Origin: a virus
Direction: 5' to 3' (one strand)
Length of the DNA stretch: 64,000 bases
Virus record (IMG/VR): IMGVR_UViG_3300002835_000018
The notes under the pieces are model-generated. The model was not told the origin of the DNA and ran no database searches. It was given only the letters and a program-made list of their open reading frames with translations. The position numbers and the translations under genes are program-made. Shown piece after piece: positions 36,240 through 46,723 of this stretch; the first letter of the stretch is position 1; each line of letters starts with the position of its first letter.

Positions 36240-39200
36240 ATGGCATTTGATGTTCAAACATTTCTTGGTCTTAAGGTTATAGATTTTTCATCTAGTGTTG
36301 GATGGAATGATGCTGGTTCAACTTTAACAGTAAAAATGGCTCCCGAAGATGGTCAGACTATAGAGTCTTACACTATTGGTAAAGCTATGGACTTTAGTTT
36401 TAAAGGAAAATTTACCTTTGTTGGTTTTTTAGATAGGGTTGTAGAAAGGCATAGTAGCGGTGGAATTACTTATGAAGCTACATTAAGTGAGGGAAAAGAA
36501 ATCTTAAGAAATGTCCAATGTGTAGTTGGAAATTTTTACGGAAATAAAGATGATGGTGACTGTTTAGTTGATAATTATTTTAATGTTTTTAGATATTATG
36601 AAAAAAGTGGTTATGGACTAGCAAATTCAAATGCATCTGGAATGAGTGTTAATGCATTTGTTGCTGGCGTTGGAGCATTGTCTGGCATATGTGGGGTTAG
36701 AAGTGGCAATGAACGATATGGCGTTGATATATCTGCAATATTAACAGGTCTTCCTGATTACTATAGAATACCTGGGCCAAAAGTTGGCTTGCTAGATGTT
36801 GTTTCACAAATATGTGATGCTACTGGTCATATGTGGAGATTAGTTTTAGAAGGAAAAACTTTTAGGATAAAATTGCAATCTCTTGCACAAGATGCAGCCA
36901 ATCAAAAAGTTGTAGATAGCATAAAGACAATGGCGAAAAATAAAAAGTGCATATCTTGGGATGCTGGAAATGAAGCAGCAAATGGTGTTACTTGTAATTT
37001 TGTTGTGTGGGGTGGGGCAAAAGAACAAACCATATTGTTCGATAGAGGTTTTGATACATATACTGATCCAAATTCAGTTATTAAATACTATTGGGGTGTT
37101 GACATAAATGGAACCCCTCAGACAAAAATTAATTATGAGGTTAAAACATATTATAATCTTCTAGGACAAGCTTACACTTTAGAAGTAATGGAAAACATAA
37201 ATATTCCAGCTATTGGTATTGAAGATATAGAAGGCGGTAACTATTACTTAACAAATTCTTTAGAATTACAATGTGTTATGGGTTCTCAAGAATCTTGGGA
37301 ATTTTATCTTGAACTTTATGAACCAGGAAGATATGCAAATATTTTTTTAAGAGGGGCTAGAGATTGGGATGCTGATCGTCTTTATTGGAGCCGTTTTGGT
37401 GGTGCTGGTACAACTACATTAAGAAGATATTTTTCAGAAAAAGAAAATGATATTGGCGTAAGAAGAGCAGCAAGATTGTATTCATATTTAAAAAGTTATT
37501 GTGAAACATATTGGGGAAAACAATTTTTAGTTCAAGTAAATGGTGGGGGTAGTTCTAATCTTAAAGGAAGAGCGAATAACATCGGTCCTGATGGTGAAAC
37601 TAGCAAAACTGGAGGATTAACAGTAAGAAATAAACTAGAAAAAAAATCACCACAAGACTCATTAACGGATGAACAAAATGGAACATACAACATTCTTCCA
37701 TCTCAAAGTGGGTGGATGGACCCAACTCAAGTTGTTTCTAGTCCATTTGCAAGCATTCCAACACCAATATTTGATGGACAATTTAAAGACCCCAAAGGAA
37801 AACTGCAAAATTGGGCAGTCATACAAGCAACACCAGGAACATATCAAATAGATGACACAAGTGCAGACTGCTATGTGCTAGGAAATTACATTTATTTAAA
37901 ATTGACCGTTTCTGATAAATATATCATGGTTGATGGAAAAGAACATATTCATGTTTCTTTGCCACAATCTGTACTTTTACTAGGTCCAGAAAACGAAAGA
38001 TCAGAACTTGGGCATGATCCATTAGCAAGATTTCTTTTTGGGATATTTAATGGGGTAACTCAGATAGGTTCGTCTGATCTTTTCAAAGTTGGATTTATAC
38101 CAATCACTCCACGATTAATGGCAATAGGTCTTGTTGCTACCACTAATGATGCATATGGTCCTTGGTACATGAATAGTGGTAAAGGTGGTCTTACTAAAGT
38201 TGAAAATGATTCAAGCCTTACACCTTGGGAATTTGGCTCAGGTGCAAATTTAGGAGAAGTTTTTTCAAAAAAAATAAAAGACATACAACCAATTGACAAG
38301 TTTGAAACTGGAAGCTTGACAATGGTATCTGCTCCAGAGCATAGTCTTGGAGATGAGTTGGTTAAAAACGGTGCTATTGTAACATCTGTTGGTGTAAATT
38401 ATGGTCCTAATGGAGTAACAACCCAATACTCTTTTAGAACATTTACGCCAAGATTTGGTGTAACATCAGAAATTGTAATAAATAGAATGAGGCAACAAAC
38501 AGCAAGACAAAATGAAGACAGAAGAAATATTTTAAAAGCCTATATGGACACAATTGCACGACAACAGTCTGCAAATCGTTCAGAAATGGGCGGTAAGATA
38601 AGATCTTTCTTCTTAGACTTTTTAGGTCGAAGACATGACAGAATGAGTCCACATGCTTTAATGGTTATGGGTATTGGTATAGCTAATGCTGGTCCTGGTG
38701 CATATTTTGGTATTGGTATGTACTCAAGAACAAAAACTCTTGGTGCATCATATAAGCAAAATGAATCAATGAAAGATCTTGCTGATAAAGAGCTTGATTC
38801 TGTACAAATAAATTCTAAAGCAGTCGCATCAATGGATACATTATATGTTCCATTTAGAAATAATTTTGCAAATAGTGGTGGAGCATTTGAATCAACATCT
38901 GGATACTTGCCACATTGCTGGCCAGTAACACCAGATGTTTTAGTTACTCAAAAATTTACAAATTATAGAGATCCACAATATGAAAGAGGCGATAAATTAG
39001 TTGATATTAGACAAGGTAAAGTTCCAACATCTATAACATACAATCCTTTTAAAAGATTTTGTCATTTTGACACATTGATAGATTGTAATCAAAACTATTG
39101 GGATAATCATAATGAACCAACAAAATATTTTTCAACCGCAGGATCTGTAGGTGCTGGCTCTCAACCTATAGATGTTAATGCTATTGCTCTTCGTGGACCA

Positions 39201-41039
39201 CTGATGGTTTCTGGATGGGGAGTTGATCTTTGGTCAGGTTATGTTGTACCAAATGCAGATCAAGGATTTATCAATGATTATGGTTTAACACACAAGTTTA
39301 CTCCAGATCCTTATGTTGTTCCAAATGCTCCTTGGGAAGCAGCACAAAACAAACTAACTGGCCCAGTTGATCTTGTATGGGATTCAGCAAGGGGTGTGTG
39401 GACTTCTCATGATGTTGTTAGGGTGCAATCATCGAATAATATTGCAGGAAGCAATTTCACATGCAATACATCTGGAAGACTTTCGTATGCATTTATGCAA
39501 ATGTATACTAATGATCTGTTGAGTAATCAGTATGTTCAAGTCTATAATCTTTCAAGCAAACCTCAAATAAGAAATACTCAAACTCTTGCACACTATTCTG
39601 TTTTTGACAATAGGTGGTATATAAAGGGCGAAGGTTCAATACCTAGATACAATGATTTAAAAGTACAAGCAAAAATATATGAGGCATTATGTCCAAAAGA
39701 AGCAAATTGTAAAATCAACATCACAAGTGGTGTCCCAACAGAGGGAGAGAATAAAAGTGCATATAATTACTATGCAGATTTTGAAGTAACAGAACATGTA
39801 ACAGATATTTACACAGTCCCGATACGACAGGATGATGGCAAAACAATAGAATGTCCAGAACATAAGTCTGTAGATGTCATACGAACATTTGGTATGAGTG
39901 AAGGTGTGCCATATGTTGATGGTATAACAACATGTCCAGATGGAACAATAGTTCCAATCATAAATACATTGTGGTTTTGGCATGGTCTTGCAAAAGAAGT
40001 AATTTTGCCAGAAGAGGGTTCAGAATGTGAGGGGCATGAAGATCCTGATACTACTAGTACTACTAGTGCCCCAACTACTACTCCAACCACTACTCCTGCA
40101 CCACCAGGATATTGTGTTGTTGAAACAGGAGTGGGAACACAGTGTTATAACTGTAGTGCAGATTGTGGAGCCGAACTTGTTTTACAAGGACCATACCCAC
40201 TAGCTGAATGCGAATCATATTTACCAGGACTTAATGCTGGTTGCTCAATGACACTTGTTTTTGATGATCCATGCTTTAGTTGTTATTATGATGCAAATGG
40301 AGAATATACTGGTCCAAATAAAGTTGAAAATTGTAATATGGATAGGGATCAGCAAAATGCAAATATACCAGCATGTACTACTACTACTACGCCAGCACCT
40401 TGTGATACATACTACTTATATCAAAATGAAGAGACATTTTGTCATTATTGTTCAACAGCACCAAATGGCACTGGAGGATATCCAGGAACATTAATCGATG
40501 GAGTTTGTGAAAATGGTTGCGAAGCTGCAAGAGCAATAGCTGATTCTGAAGACCCAAGATGTCAAGGTTGCTATAAGATTACTGGTGGTTGTGATCAAAG
40601 CACTTGTTACACATGTAGAAGTTGTGAAACTGGTGAATCGGGAGAGTATACAAATTTAGATGATTGTATGCAACAAGCAGATTCACAAAATGCTCAATGT
40701 GATCCAATATGTACAACAACCAGTACCACTACTACAACTCCTGATCCTACAACTAGTACTACAACAACTACTCCTGCCCCAACATGCGTAACTGTTGTTG
40801 AAGCTGTTGTATGTTCCCCACAAAGTCCTGGTGATGGTTATGTTAGTGGTGGTGGCGATATATGGACAAAAAGTGTTAGTGTTGCAAAATGTTCAACACA
40901 ACCTCTTCCTCCAGCGGTTTTTGGCTCAAGTTTTCCAAATTTGGAAGTTAAACTACTAAGAGCAGAGCTTAAAGCTTTGACTAAAAAGTTTGTTCAATTG
41001 GTTGATGTCCTTGAGAAAAATGACATAAAGGTGTTTTAA
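36240..41039 (+). CDS. Baseplate hub / central tail fibre with Cys-rich and Thr-rich C-terminus
   Basis: Hub-like N-terminus (FLG..V..F.S.VGW....STL.V), Cys-rich C-terminus with Thr/Pro tracts, terminal coiled coil. Start taken at ATG 36240. Confidence 0.6.
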   Translation: MAFDVQTFLGLKVIDFSSSVGWNDAGSTLTVKMAPEDGQTIESYTIGKAMDFSFKGKFTFVGFLDRVVERHSSGGITYEATLSEGKEILRNVQCVVGNFYGNKDDGDCLVDNYFNVFRYYEKSGYGLANSNASGMSVNAFVAGVGALSGICGVRSGNERYGVDISAILTGLPDYYRIPGPKVGLLDVVSQICDATGHMWRLVLEGKTFRIKLQSLAQDAANQKVVDSIKTMAKNKKCISWDAGNEAANGVTCNFVVWGGAKEQTILFDRGFDTYTDPNSVIKYYWGVDINGTPQTKINYEVKTYYNLLGQAYTLEVMENINIPAIGIEDIEGGNYYLTNSLELQCVMGSQESWEFYLELYEPGRYANIFLRGARDWDADRLYWSRFGGAGTTTLRRYFSEKENDIGVRRAARLYSYLKSYCETYWGKQFLVQVNGGGSSNLKGRANNIGPDGETSKTGGLTVRNKLEKKSPQDSLTDEQNGTYNILPSQSGWMDPTQVVSSPFASIPTPIFDGQFKDPKGKLQNWAVIQATPGTYQIDDTSADCYVLGNYIYLKLTVSDKYIMVDGKEHIHVSLPQSVLLLGPENERSELGHDPLARFLFGIFNGVTQIGSSDLFKVGFIPITPRLMAIGLVATTNDAYGPWYMNSGKGGLTKVENDSSLTPWEFGSGANLGEVFSKKIKDIQPIDKFETGSLTMVSAPEHSLGDELVKNGAIVTSVGVNYGPNGVTTQYSFRTFTPRFGVTSEIVINRMRQQTARQNEDRRNILKAYMDTIARQQSANRSEMGGKIRSFFLDFLGRRHDRMSPHALMVMGIGIANAGPGAYFGIGMYSRTKTLGASYKQNESMKDLADKELDSVQINSKAVASMDTLYVPFRNNFANSGGAFESTSGYLPHCWPVTPDVLVTQKFTNYRDPQYERGDKLVDIRQGKVPTSITYNPFKRFCHFDTLIDCNQNYWDNHNEPTKYFSTAGSVGAGSQPIDVNAIALRGPLMVSGWGVDLWSGYVVPNADQGFINDYGLTHKFTPDPYVVPNAPWEAAQNKLTGPVDLVWDSARGVWTSHDVVRVQSSNNIAGSNFTCNTSGRLSYAFMQMYTNDLLSNQYVQVYNLSSKPQIRNTQTLAHYSVFDNRWYIKGEGSIPRYNDLKVQAKIYEALCPKEANCKINITSGVPTEGENKSAYNYYADFEVTEHVTDIYTVPIRQDDGKTIECPEHKSVDVIRTFGMSEGVPYVDGITTCPDGTIVPIINTLWFWHGLAKEVILPEEGSECEGHEDPDTTSTTSAPTTTPTTTPAPPGYCVVETGVGTQCYNCSADCGAELVLQGPYPLAECESYLPGLNAGCSMTLVFDDPCFSCYYDANGEYTGPNKVENCNMDRDQQNANIPACTTTTTPAPCDTYYLYQNEETFCHYCSTAPNGTGGYPGTLIDGVCENGCEAARAIADSEDPRCQGCYKITGGCDQSTCYTCRSCETGESGEYTNLDDCMQQADSQNAQCDPICTTTSTTTTTPDPTTSTTTTTPAPTCVTVVEAVVCSPQSPGDGYVSGGGDIWTKSVSVAKCSTQPLPPAVFGSSFPNLEVKLLRAELKALTKKFVQLVDVLEKNDIKVF

Positions 41040-41040
41040 T

Positions 41041-42312
41041 ATGCCATGTAATTGTTGCACACCAGGTGGTTGTAAATGCAGAGTGCCAAAGAATGATCCA
41101 AATGCTGAAGTTGAATCATTTGACACTTATCCATTTTCATATAACATGGGTTATAAAATTGCTCCTTGGATACATAGGAAATACCCAAAACCAATGTCAA
41201 CGCTAACATGGTTGCCATTAATTAGTCCAGGAAATGGTTCACAGTACATAGCAGACAATGCAACTTTTAAAGAAAATGGAGATCTTTATTGGGCTGGAGA
41301 TATAGGGTGGCAAGCTCAGAGTAGAAGTGGTACACCAGCAGGATATGGTTCAGTTACATCAGGACTTTCTGGTTCAGTATTTTCTGGATATCTTGTTGAA
41401 GATTGGGATGGAGATAGTTCAGCTTGGCTAGGTGCTCCAGGTGGAGTTAATCCAGCACATGTACTTTCAATTTTTAGCCTTGAAGAAAAACAAGATAATG
41501 TTAAAAGAGAATGTCAATTATGGGCAAAATTCACAAAAGCAACTTTGTTCCAAGACGAAGAAAATGGACTCTATTATTACAATGTACAAGACTGGTCTGA
41601 GCCAGAAATAATTCATTCTGTAAAATGGGATGAACCAACTGGGCCTATGATTATTGTTGATGTACCAAGCAAATACTTTAACGGTCCAGATGGGGTAGAA
41701 CTAAGATATTTTTGTACTGATCCATGTGGTGCAGATGCAACGAATGGATCAACTTGGATTATAAATGGGCAAGCAAGCTATATAACTGAATCAGTAATAG
41801 AATTTCCATTAGATTATTGTAAATCATATGGTAAAGGTGAGACAACTACAAAAGTTGAATATGTAGATTGTGGCATAGCTAGTTTCACCGTAATAAATAA
41901 ATCTGAAAAACTATTTTTGTCTGTATATCAAAGTTGTGGTTATCAATATGGTTTTGGACTAAGTTTTTTTACTCCTTCGGTTCCTGGTTTTTGCGGTGTC
42001 CAACCTCCTGAGCCTTGCCAAGACCAATACCAGAATCCTTATACCTGTTGCGGTAACACATGGGGTGGATATACACAAGAAGCCGATGGAACAACTAGTT
42101 GTTCGTATTTCCATTCACTTCCACCTGGGGCTTATTTTCAAGAAGATCATTACAATAGACAACTAATAGACTCAAAAACAGTAATACTAAACGGTATTTG
42201 GACTAATTATCCTGATAGTTGGACTCTTTCTTATAATTGCTCAACAATGAAAGGTACACAAGATCCTTCTGTAGAATATAAACTTGGAACTGTGGTTGTA
42301 ACTGGTGTATAA
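41041..42312 (+). CDS. Cys-rich tail-associated protein
   Basis: Starts MPCNCCTPGGCKC; G/Y/W/C-rich; coupled to the hub gene. Confidence 0.45.
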   Translation: MPCNCCTPGGCKCRVPKNDPNAEVESFDTYPFSYNMGYKIAPWIHRKYPKPMSTLTWLPLISPGNGSQYIADNATFKENGDLYWAGDIGWQAQSRSGTPAGYGSVTSGLSGSVFSGYLVEDWDGDSSAWLGAPGGVNPAHVLSIFSLEEKQDNVKRECQLWAKFTKATLFQDEENGLYYYNVQDWSEPEIIHSVKWDEPTGPMIIVDVPSKYFNGPDGVELRYFCTDPCGADATNGSTWIINGQASYITESVIEFPLDYCKSYGKGETTTKVEYVDCGIASFTVINKSEKLFLSVYQSCGYQYGFGLSFFTPSVPGFCGVQPPEPCQDQYQNPYTCCGNTWGGYTQEADGTTSCSYFHSLPPGAYFQEDHYNRQLIDSKTVILNGIWTNYPDSWTLSYNCSTMKGTQDPSVEYKLGTVVVTGV

Positions 42313-42324
42313 TATTATGTACAT
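42304..42324 (+). promoter_or_regulatory. GGTGTA motif with inverted TGTACAT before the RBS
   Basis: GGTGTATAATATTATGTACAT-AGGAG, then ATG 42337. Confidence 0.45.
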
Positions 42325-42336
42325 AGGAGAAAAAAT

Positions 42337-42948
42337 ATGGCTACAATTAGTTTTTTTGCTGGCGATGCTTCTCTTGAAAACATTATATCTAGCGGTATAG
42401 GTTTTTATGGGTCTAGCGGTTTTGGGTCATCTGTTGCTGTTGGACAATATCAGGATGATACCTATATAACCGATAGTCAAGGTGCAACAAATGGCGGTAA
42501 AGCCAAAAATATAAAGTATTTTAACACTGCATCTGGTTATCCTAACGGTAGTGCTGCAAGGCACTTACGAACAATAGCAAATGGTCTTGCCACTTTAAAT
42601 GTTAGATTTACCCATACCACTGGGGTAAAAACTCAAAATACAAAACTTAGAATTTATGACAGGACAAGTATATCTAATGAAGCAAGCGGTGTTACTACCA
42701 AAGTTGCAGAATTGATTCATCCAGCTTCAAATGAAGATTTGATTGGCTCTGGAAGCAATACTTGGTCAACGCCAGCAGGAACTGGCTATATGACCCTTAC
42801 AGATTCTCCTGGTACATCAGGATTAAGCCCAAGTGGTTCTAACACTATTGATAGTAGACATGATTGGTACTTAGCACTTTCTGCTAGTCCAGATACGATT
42901 GGATCTAAGACTCAGTATGCTCTTTGGGTTGAGCTTGAATATCTCTAA
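42337..42948 (+). CDS. Virion structural protein
   Basis: G/S/T-rich 203 aa with strong RBS; last gene of the + block. Confidence 0.45.
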   Translation: MATISFFAGDASLENIISSGIGFYGSSGFGSSVAVGQYQDDTYITDSQGATNGGKAKNIKYFNTASGYPNGSAARHLRTIANGLATLNVRFTHTTGVKTQNTKLRIYDRTSISNEASGVTTKVAELIHPASNEDLIGSGSNTWSTPAGTGYMTLTDSPGTSGLSPSGSNTIDSRHDWYLALSASPDTIGSKTQYALWVELEYL

Positions 42949-42977
42949 TAGATAGTTCTTTTTTAAGCAAATTATAA

Positions 42978-43031
42978 AGCTCCTTTGACCAATCGGCATC
43001 AAAGCCTTTCAGCCAAAGGAGTTCTTCTTTT
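42978..43031. terminator. Possible bidirectional terminator at the convergence point
   Basis: CTCCTTTG / CAAAGGAG inverted repeat with inner GGC/GCC pairing, between converging genes. Confidence 0.35.
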
Positions 43032-43058
43032 ATATCATCTATTGTCATAGATTCGATA

Positions 43059-43445
43059 TTAAGGCACTTCATCTACATTACCGCCCTTGTACTTAGACCA
43101 ACCATTATGCGAGCCGTATGACCCATTTTCACGGTCTGGCTTGCCATTAGCATCAAGCTTACGAATTGGAAAAATTCCAGAACCGTCTTGCTTTTGACCA
43201 AAGTTTAACCTTGCCCTACATTTTGGATTAGAACAACTCATCTCAAAATATTCATAAAACTTTTTATTTTTTTCTACATTTCTTGTTTTAGGCACAATGT
43301 GTTCTTCACCACAAACACCGCACTTTTCTTCATTGAGCACTTCAGCAAGAGTTGCAATTTCTCTAAAAAGATCTTTTACAGACTCAGATTCAATTTCTAC
43401 AGTGCAAATTTTAAAAGGTACAATAGCCTTCATTACTTTCTCCAA
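43059..43445 (-). CDS. Zn-ribbon hypothetical protein
   Basis: CGVCG ... CSNPKC motifs; overlaps the annealase gene. Confidence 0.55.
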   Translation of the reverse strand: MEKVMKAIVPFKICTVEIESESVKDLFREIATLAEVLNEEKCGVCGEEHIVPKTRNVEKNKKFYEYFEMSCSNPKCRARLNFGQKQDGSGIFPIRKLDANGKPDRENGSYGSHNGWSKYKGGNVDEVP

Positions 43446-44125
43446 TTGGGGTTATAACCCTTATACTTAGGGTTAATCGATGCATTATTACGCTGAAGCT
43501 CAGATAGATGGGCTATGATAGCCACTGCTGACCTATAAGGAACTTCCTCCAACCTACCACTAAAGCTGAAGCTTTTTGAGTCACCCAAATAAACAGGAAC
43601 ATTGATATCGTTCCTATTACACAGAGTTTCGATAAAACTCATTTGAGTAGCTGTTATTTTTCCGTTAGACCCGTTTTCTTCGGCTGGAACAAGGCCAGCT
43701 TCTTCCGCTGCAATTATTTTGCGTAGTCTAAGTAATTTTCTTAATGCTCTTCCTTCGGCCCTAGTTTCTGCAACCGCTGATGCAAATACTGCAAACCTTG
43801 GATCACAATTTCCAGCATAACAATCTGCTAGGCTTGTTTGCTCAAATGTTAAGTCAGAGCCATTTAAGGATTTAACTATAACAGTGTATGATACTACACA
43901 TCGCCCATCGTTATCTGGATTGGGTGATTGGACAATATTTGCTTTTCCAGAGATGATTGGCCCAATTAAAAGTTCAGCAACTCGCCTTAATCCATCTACA
44001 GTTGGATTTCCATCAACTAGCTCATCTTGCTGAAAATGTGAAAGAACATGTTCGTTCCATTCGGGGCTGTTGCTGTTAATTTTTTCTTCTACCACTTGCA
44101 ATTCTTCTGCTACTTTCTTAACCAT
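43433..44125 (-). CDS. ssDNA annealing protein (Rad52/Sak/Erf-like)
   Basis: A.AETRAEGRALRKLL helix motif; C-terminal ITATQM.FI..L small domain. Confidence 0.55.
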   Translation of the reverse strand: MVKKVAEELQVVEEKINSNSPEWNEHVLSHFQQDELVDGNPTVDGLRRVAELLIGPIISGKANIVQSPNPDNDGRCVVSYTVIVKSLNGSDLTFEQTSLADCYAGNCDPRFAVFASAVAETRAEGRALRKLLRLRKIIAAEEAGLVPAEENGSNGKITATQMSFIETLCNRNDINVPVYLGDSKSFSFSGRLEEVPYRSAVAIIAHLSELQRNNASINPKYKGYNPNWRK

Positions 44126-44127
44126 TT

Positions 44128-44892
44128 TTACTCCAGTTCGTATAATCCTTCCAATGATCCTTCTTTTATCAATTCTAGCGTATCAAGAAGTTTTTTCAAG
44201 ATAGTTCTCATATAAAAGCCAGAACTGTTACCGCTTATGTTTTTTATTCTTATTAACTTCATTCCAGAATTCAATAGCAATCCAGTTTTTTTAGTGTCAC
44301 TTTTTAATTGTTTTTCATATTTTTCCGTTCCCCAAATAGCCTTAAAGTGTGTTGGGCCATCAACTTCTATCCCTACTTTATATTCGGGAATATAAATGTC
44401 GATATGTTGTCTTTCGCCTATCACATAGAATTCTTTATGGAAATCTGCTTTAATTTTATTTTGTCTTATTCCGTTAATTAAAAACTTTTCAAGCTTAGAA
44501 CCATTTTCAGCAGCTTCTCTAACTGATTCTGCTGCTTTTTTTTGCATTTCTTCAATTTTACTTAAAGGCATAGCCTCCCAATTTTTCTTAGAAACAATCG
44601 ACCTTCTTTCTCTTTCATTCTTGTCCATTGATTCCCAAGAATTGGCCATAGAGTCACTTATCTTTATCTTCGTTTCTTCTGTTAGCTTTTTACCTTTAGT
44701 TGGATGAAAACATCTTCCTGTTGCTAAAGCTTTTGCTTGAGCTTCTGACTTATCTCTTAATGGTATACCAAATGAAACTAATGCCCTTCTTATTTTGTTG
44801 GGATAAGTCTCTGAAACTTCCGCTATTTCATAAGTTGATTGTTGTAATTCAACATAATGTTTATGCAAAAATTCATATGTTAACTTTTTCAT
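44128..44892 (-). CDS. Free-standing homing endonuclease-like protein (HTH, NUMOD3-like and Vsr/DUF559-type nuclease)
   Basis: STYEIAE..RRAL..FGI (HTH), KGKKLTEETKIKISDS (NUMOD3-like), IDIYIP....IEVDGPTH (Vsr-like). Confidence 0.7.
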   Translation of the reverse strand: MKKLTYEFLHKHYVELQQSTYEIAEVSETYPNKIRRALVSFGIPLRDKSEAQAKALATGRCFHPTKGKKLTEETKIKISDSMANSWESMDKNERERRSIVSKKNWEAMPLSKIEEMQKKAAESVREAAENGSKLEKFLINGIRQNKIKADFHKEFYVIGERQHIDIYIPEYKVGIEVDGPTHFKAIWGTEKYEKQLKSDTKKTGLLLNSGMKLIRIKNISGNSSGFYMRTILKKLLDTLELIKEGSLEGLYELE

Positions 44893-45325
44893 GTTTTTTC
44901 CCCACTATGTTATCTAAGTCAAAGTTATAAGCTATTCTAGCTTTAATGTTCCATGAATCATATATCGATTTACTATGATCTTCACTTCTTGCAATAAGTT
45001 CTATTCTCTTATTAGCATAAATGTTTTTGATGTCTTCATACTCATGCACACCGTAAACCCATTCTAAATCCCACACATAAAAATATACGATTTTAATCTT
45101 TGGGTTCAACAACATACTTTTAGCAGAGTATAGGCATGTAGCCACATGATAATCGGCATTTGAATACCACATGTCATAATATGTAAGTATACTAAAGCCA
45201 AAGCTTTTATTAAGAAACATTTCTTTGTTTGAATATACTACAATGTTGTGTTTTGAACATTGATTTCTTATATCAAAAAGAAGCTGATCTCTTTTAATTT
45301 TATTTACAGCAATTGCTATTTCCAC
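44873..45325 (-). CDS. Glycosyltransferase-like fragment / hypothetical protein
   Basis: YFYVWDLEW and IARS pattern resembling a GT-B N-terminal half. Confidence 0.35.
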   Translation of the reverse strand: MEIAIAVNKIKRDQLLFDIRNQCSKHNIVVYSNKEMFLNKSFGFSILTYYDMWYSNADYHVATCLYSAKSMLLNPKIKIVYFYVWDLEWVYGVHEYEDIKNIYANKRIELIARSEDHSKSIYDSWNIKARIAYNFDLDNIVGKKHEKVNI

Positions 45326-46034
45326 TAAACAATTCCTCTCTTACTATTCCTGTTGTATTAACAGAAGAGTTTAATCTTATGTGGTCCTTCATTACAGCAC
45401 ATATGCCTTCATGTTTTTCTTTTGGTGCTAAAATAATCATTGTGTTCTCATCCATCTTTCCACCCCAAGCACCAGACAATCTACAATCAGAATAAATCTT
45501 GTAAATAAATTCATTTGCAGAATTTGGATCTAATTGAGTTTTTATTCTCCAATAAGAATCTATTAACTTTCCCATAAATTTAAAGTCATTGTCTATATAT
45601 GCATTATAAGCATCATCCACCATTTTATGAATAATTCCAATATTAAAATTTTCTATTGGTTTTACTTTACTGTATTTAAAATATTTTCTTCTTATGTGAA
45701 ATATTAACAGTTTATTAAAAAAATCGCTAGAGCTATCTATTTCGACATTATTCCATATTGTTGAAGATTTATTTATACAATTAAATTTTCCGAATATAGA
45801 TGTGTAACAAGAAGGGAAATCATCAGAATCTATCAAATTTAACATTTTTGATTTTGCTGTACTATAATTTTTAAAACATCTTTTATAAAAGTCTTTTGTT
45901 TTTTTGTCTATAAAGAAAGATTTAACATTTCCAAATTTGCTTAAGTAACTAAAATTACACGATGAAAAAATCATGCATTTTGTTGAATACTCTCCAATTA
46001 TAGAAATTGGTTTTGGTACTTTATATATTATCAT
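45300..46034 (-). CDS. Degenerate GHMP sugar kinase (HddA-like)
   Basis: MII.K.P..IS..G start, G.L....W..K and GAWGGK motifs. The GLGSS and GAGGGG loops are eroded. Confidence 0.55.
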   Translation of the reverse strand: MIIYKVPKPISIIGEYSTKCMIFSSCNFSYLSKFGNVKSFFIDKKTKDFYKRCFKNYSTAKSKMLNLIDSDDFPSCYTSIFGKFNCINKSSTIWNNVEIDSSSDFFNKLLIFHIRRKYFKYSKVKPIENFNIGIIHKMVDDAYNAYIDNDFKFMGKLIDSYWRIKTQLDPNSANEFIYKIYSDCRLSGAWGGKMDENTMIILAPKEKHEGICAVMKDHIRLNSSVNTTGIVREELFSGNSNCCK

Positions 46035-46723
46035 TAATTTTCCAAGATTTTATCTATTAATTCTAGGTCTATTGTTTCAAGATGTTCTTTTGGATCAGGA
46101 TCTTTTGGTTCTAAATAAAAACATTCGTGTTCTGAAAACAATGTTTCTTTATTATCTAATGAATCAACTGTTGATTGTGTTATATAATCTATGTTTTTCT
46201 CAGGATAGTTTTCAGTATATATTGGGTGTTTTTTACACTCATTAGCTAAAAAACTACAGAAGTTTGAAGAGTACTCACTTATTGCCTCTTGAACATATAA
46301 CGGCACTAAGTACGACCTCATTTGCACAACTTTATCGTCTTGTATTTGATCGCAAAATGATTTAAAGGATTTGCCATAACATATTGATCTTGGGCTTATG
46401 TAAATTCTTTTATTGGAAGAAAATTTTTCACAAATTGCATAAGCAAGTTTTTTGCTTTTTCTTATAGAGTCTATTTTATAATGTTCTAAAAGTGCAGCAT
46501 TATTTATTTTTATTATTTTTGGACATATTCTTGCAACATAATTATACATTTCTTTTGCTATGTCACCACATTCCCCATCGTCTATAGCTATCACATTATA
46601 TTCGTTATTATTTAGTTCTTCAGATATCCACCATAAAGACTTTTTAATAACATCTGGAGATTGGCCATATCCTAATAAAATGCTTAATATTTCTTTGTTA
46701 GATCCATCGCAACATTGGTACAT
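46034..46723 (-). CDS. GT-A-like hypothetical protein
   Basis: LSILL...VIAIDDG motif; otherwise divergent. Confidence 0.35.
   Translation of the reverse strand: MYQCCDGSNKEILSILLGYGQSPDVIKKSLWWISEELNNNEYNVIAIDDGECGDIAKEMYNYVARICPKIIKINNAALLEHYKIDSIRKSKKLAYAICEKFSSNKRIYISPRSICYGKSFKSFCDQIQDDKVVQMRSYLVPLYVQEAISEYSSNFCSFLANECKKHPIYTENYPEKNIDYITQSTVDSLDNKETLFSEHECFYLEPKDPDPKEHLETIDLELIDKILEN

Noticed and set aside
42905-43048. 47-aa minus-strand ORF (MTIDDIKEELLW...)
   Set aside because: It has no clear RBS, overlaps the 3' end of a + strand gene and coincides with a hairpin. Possible but unsupported.
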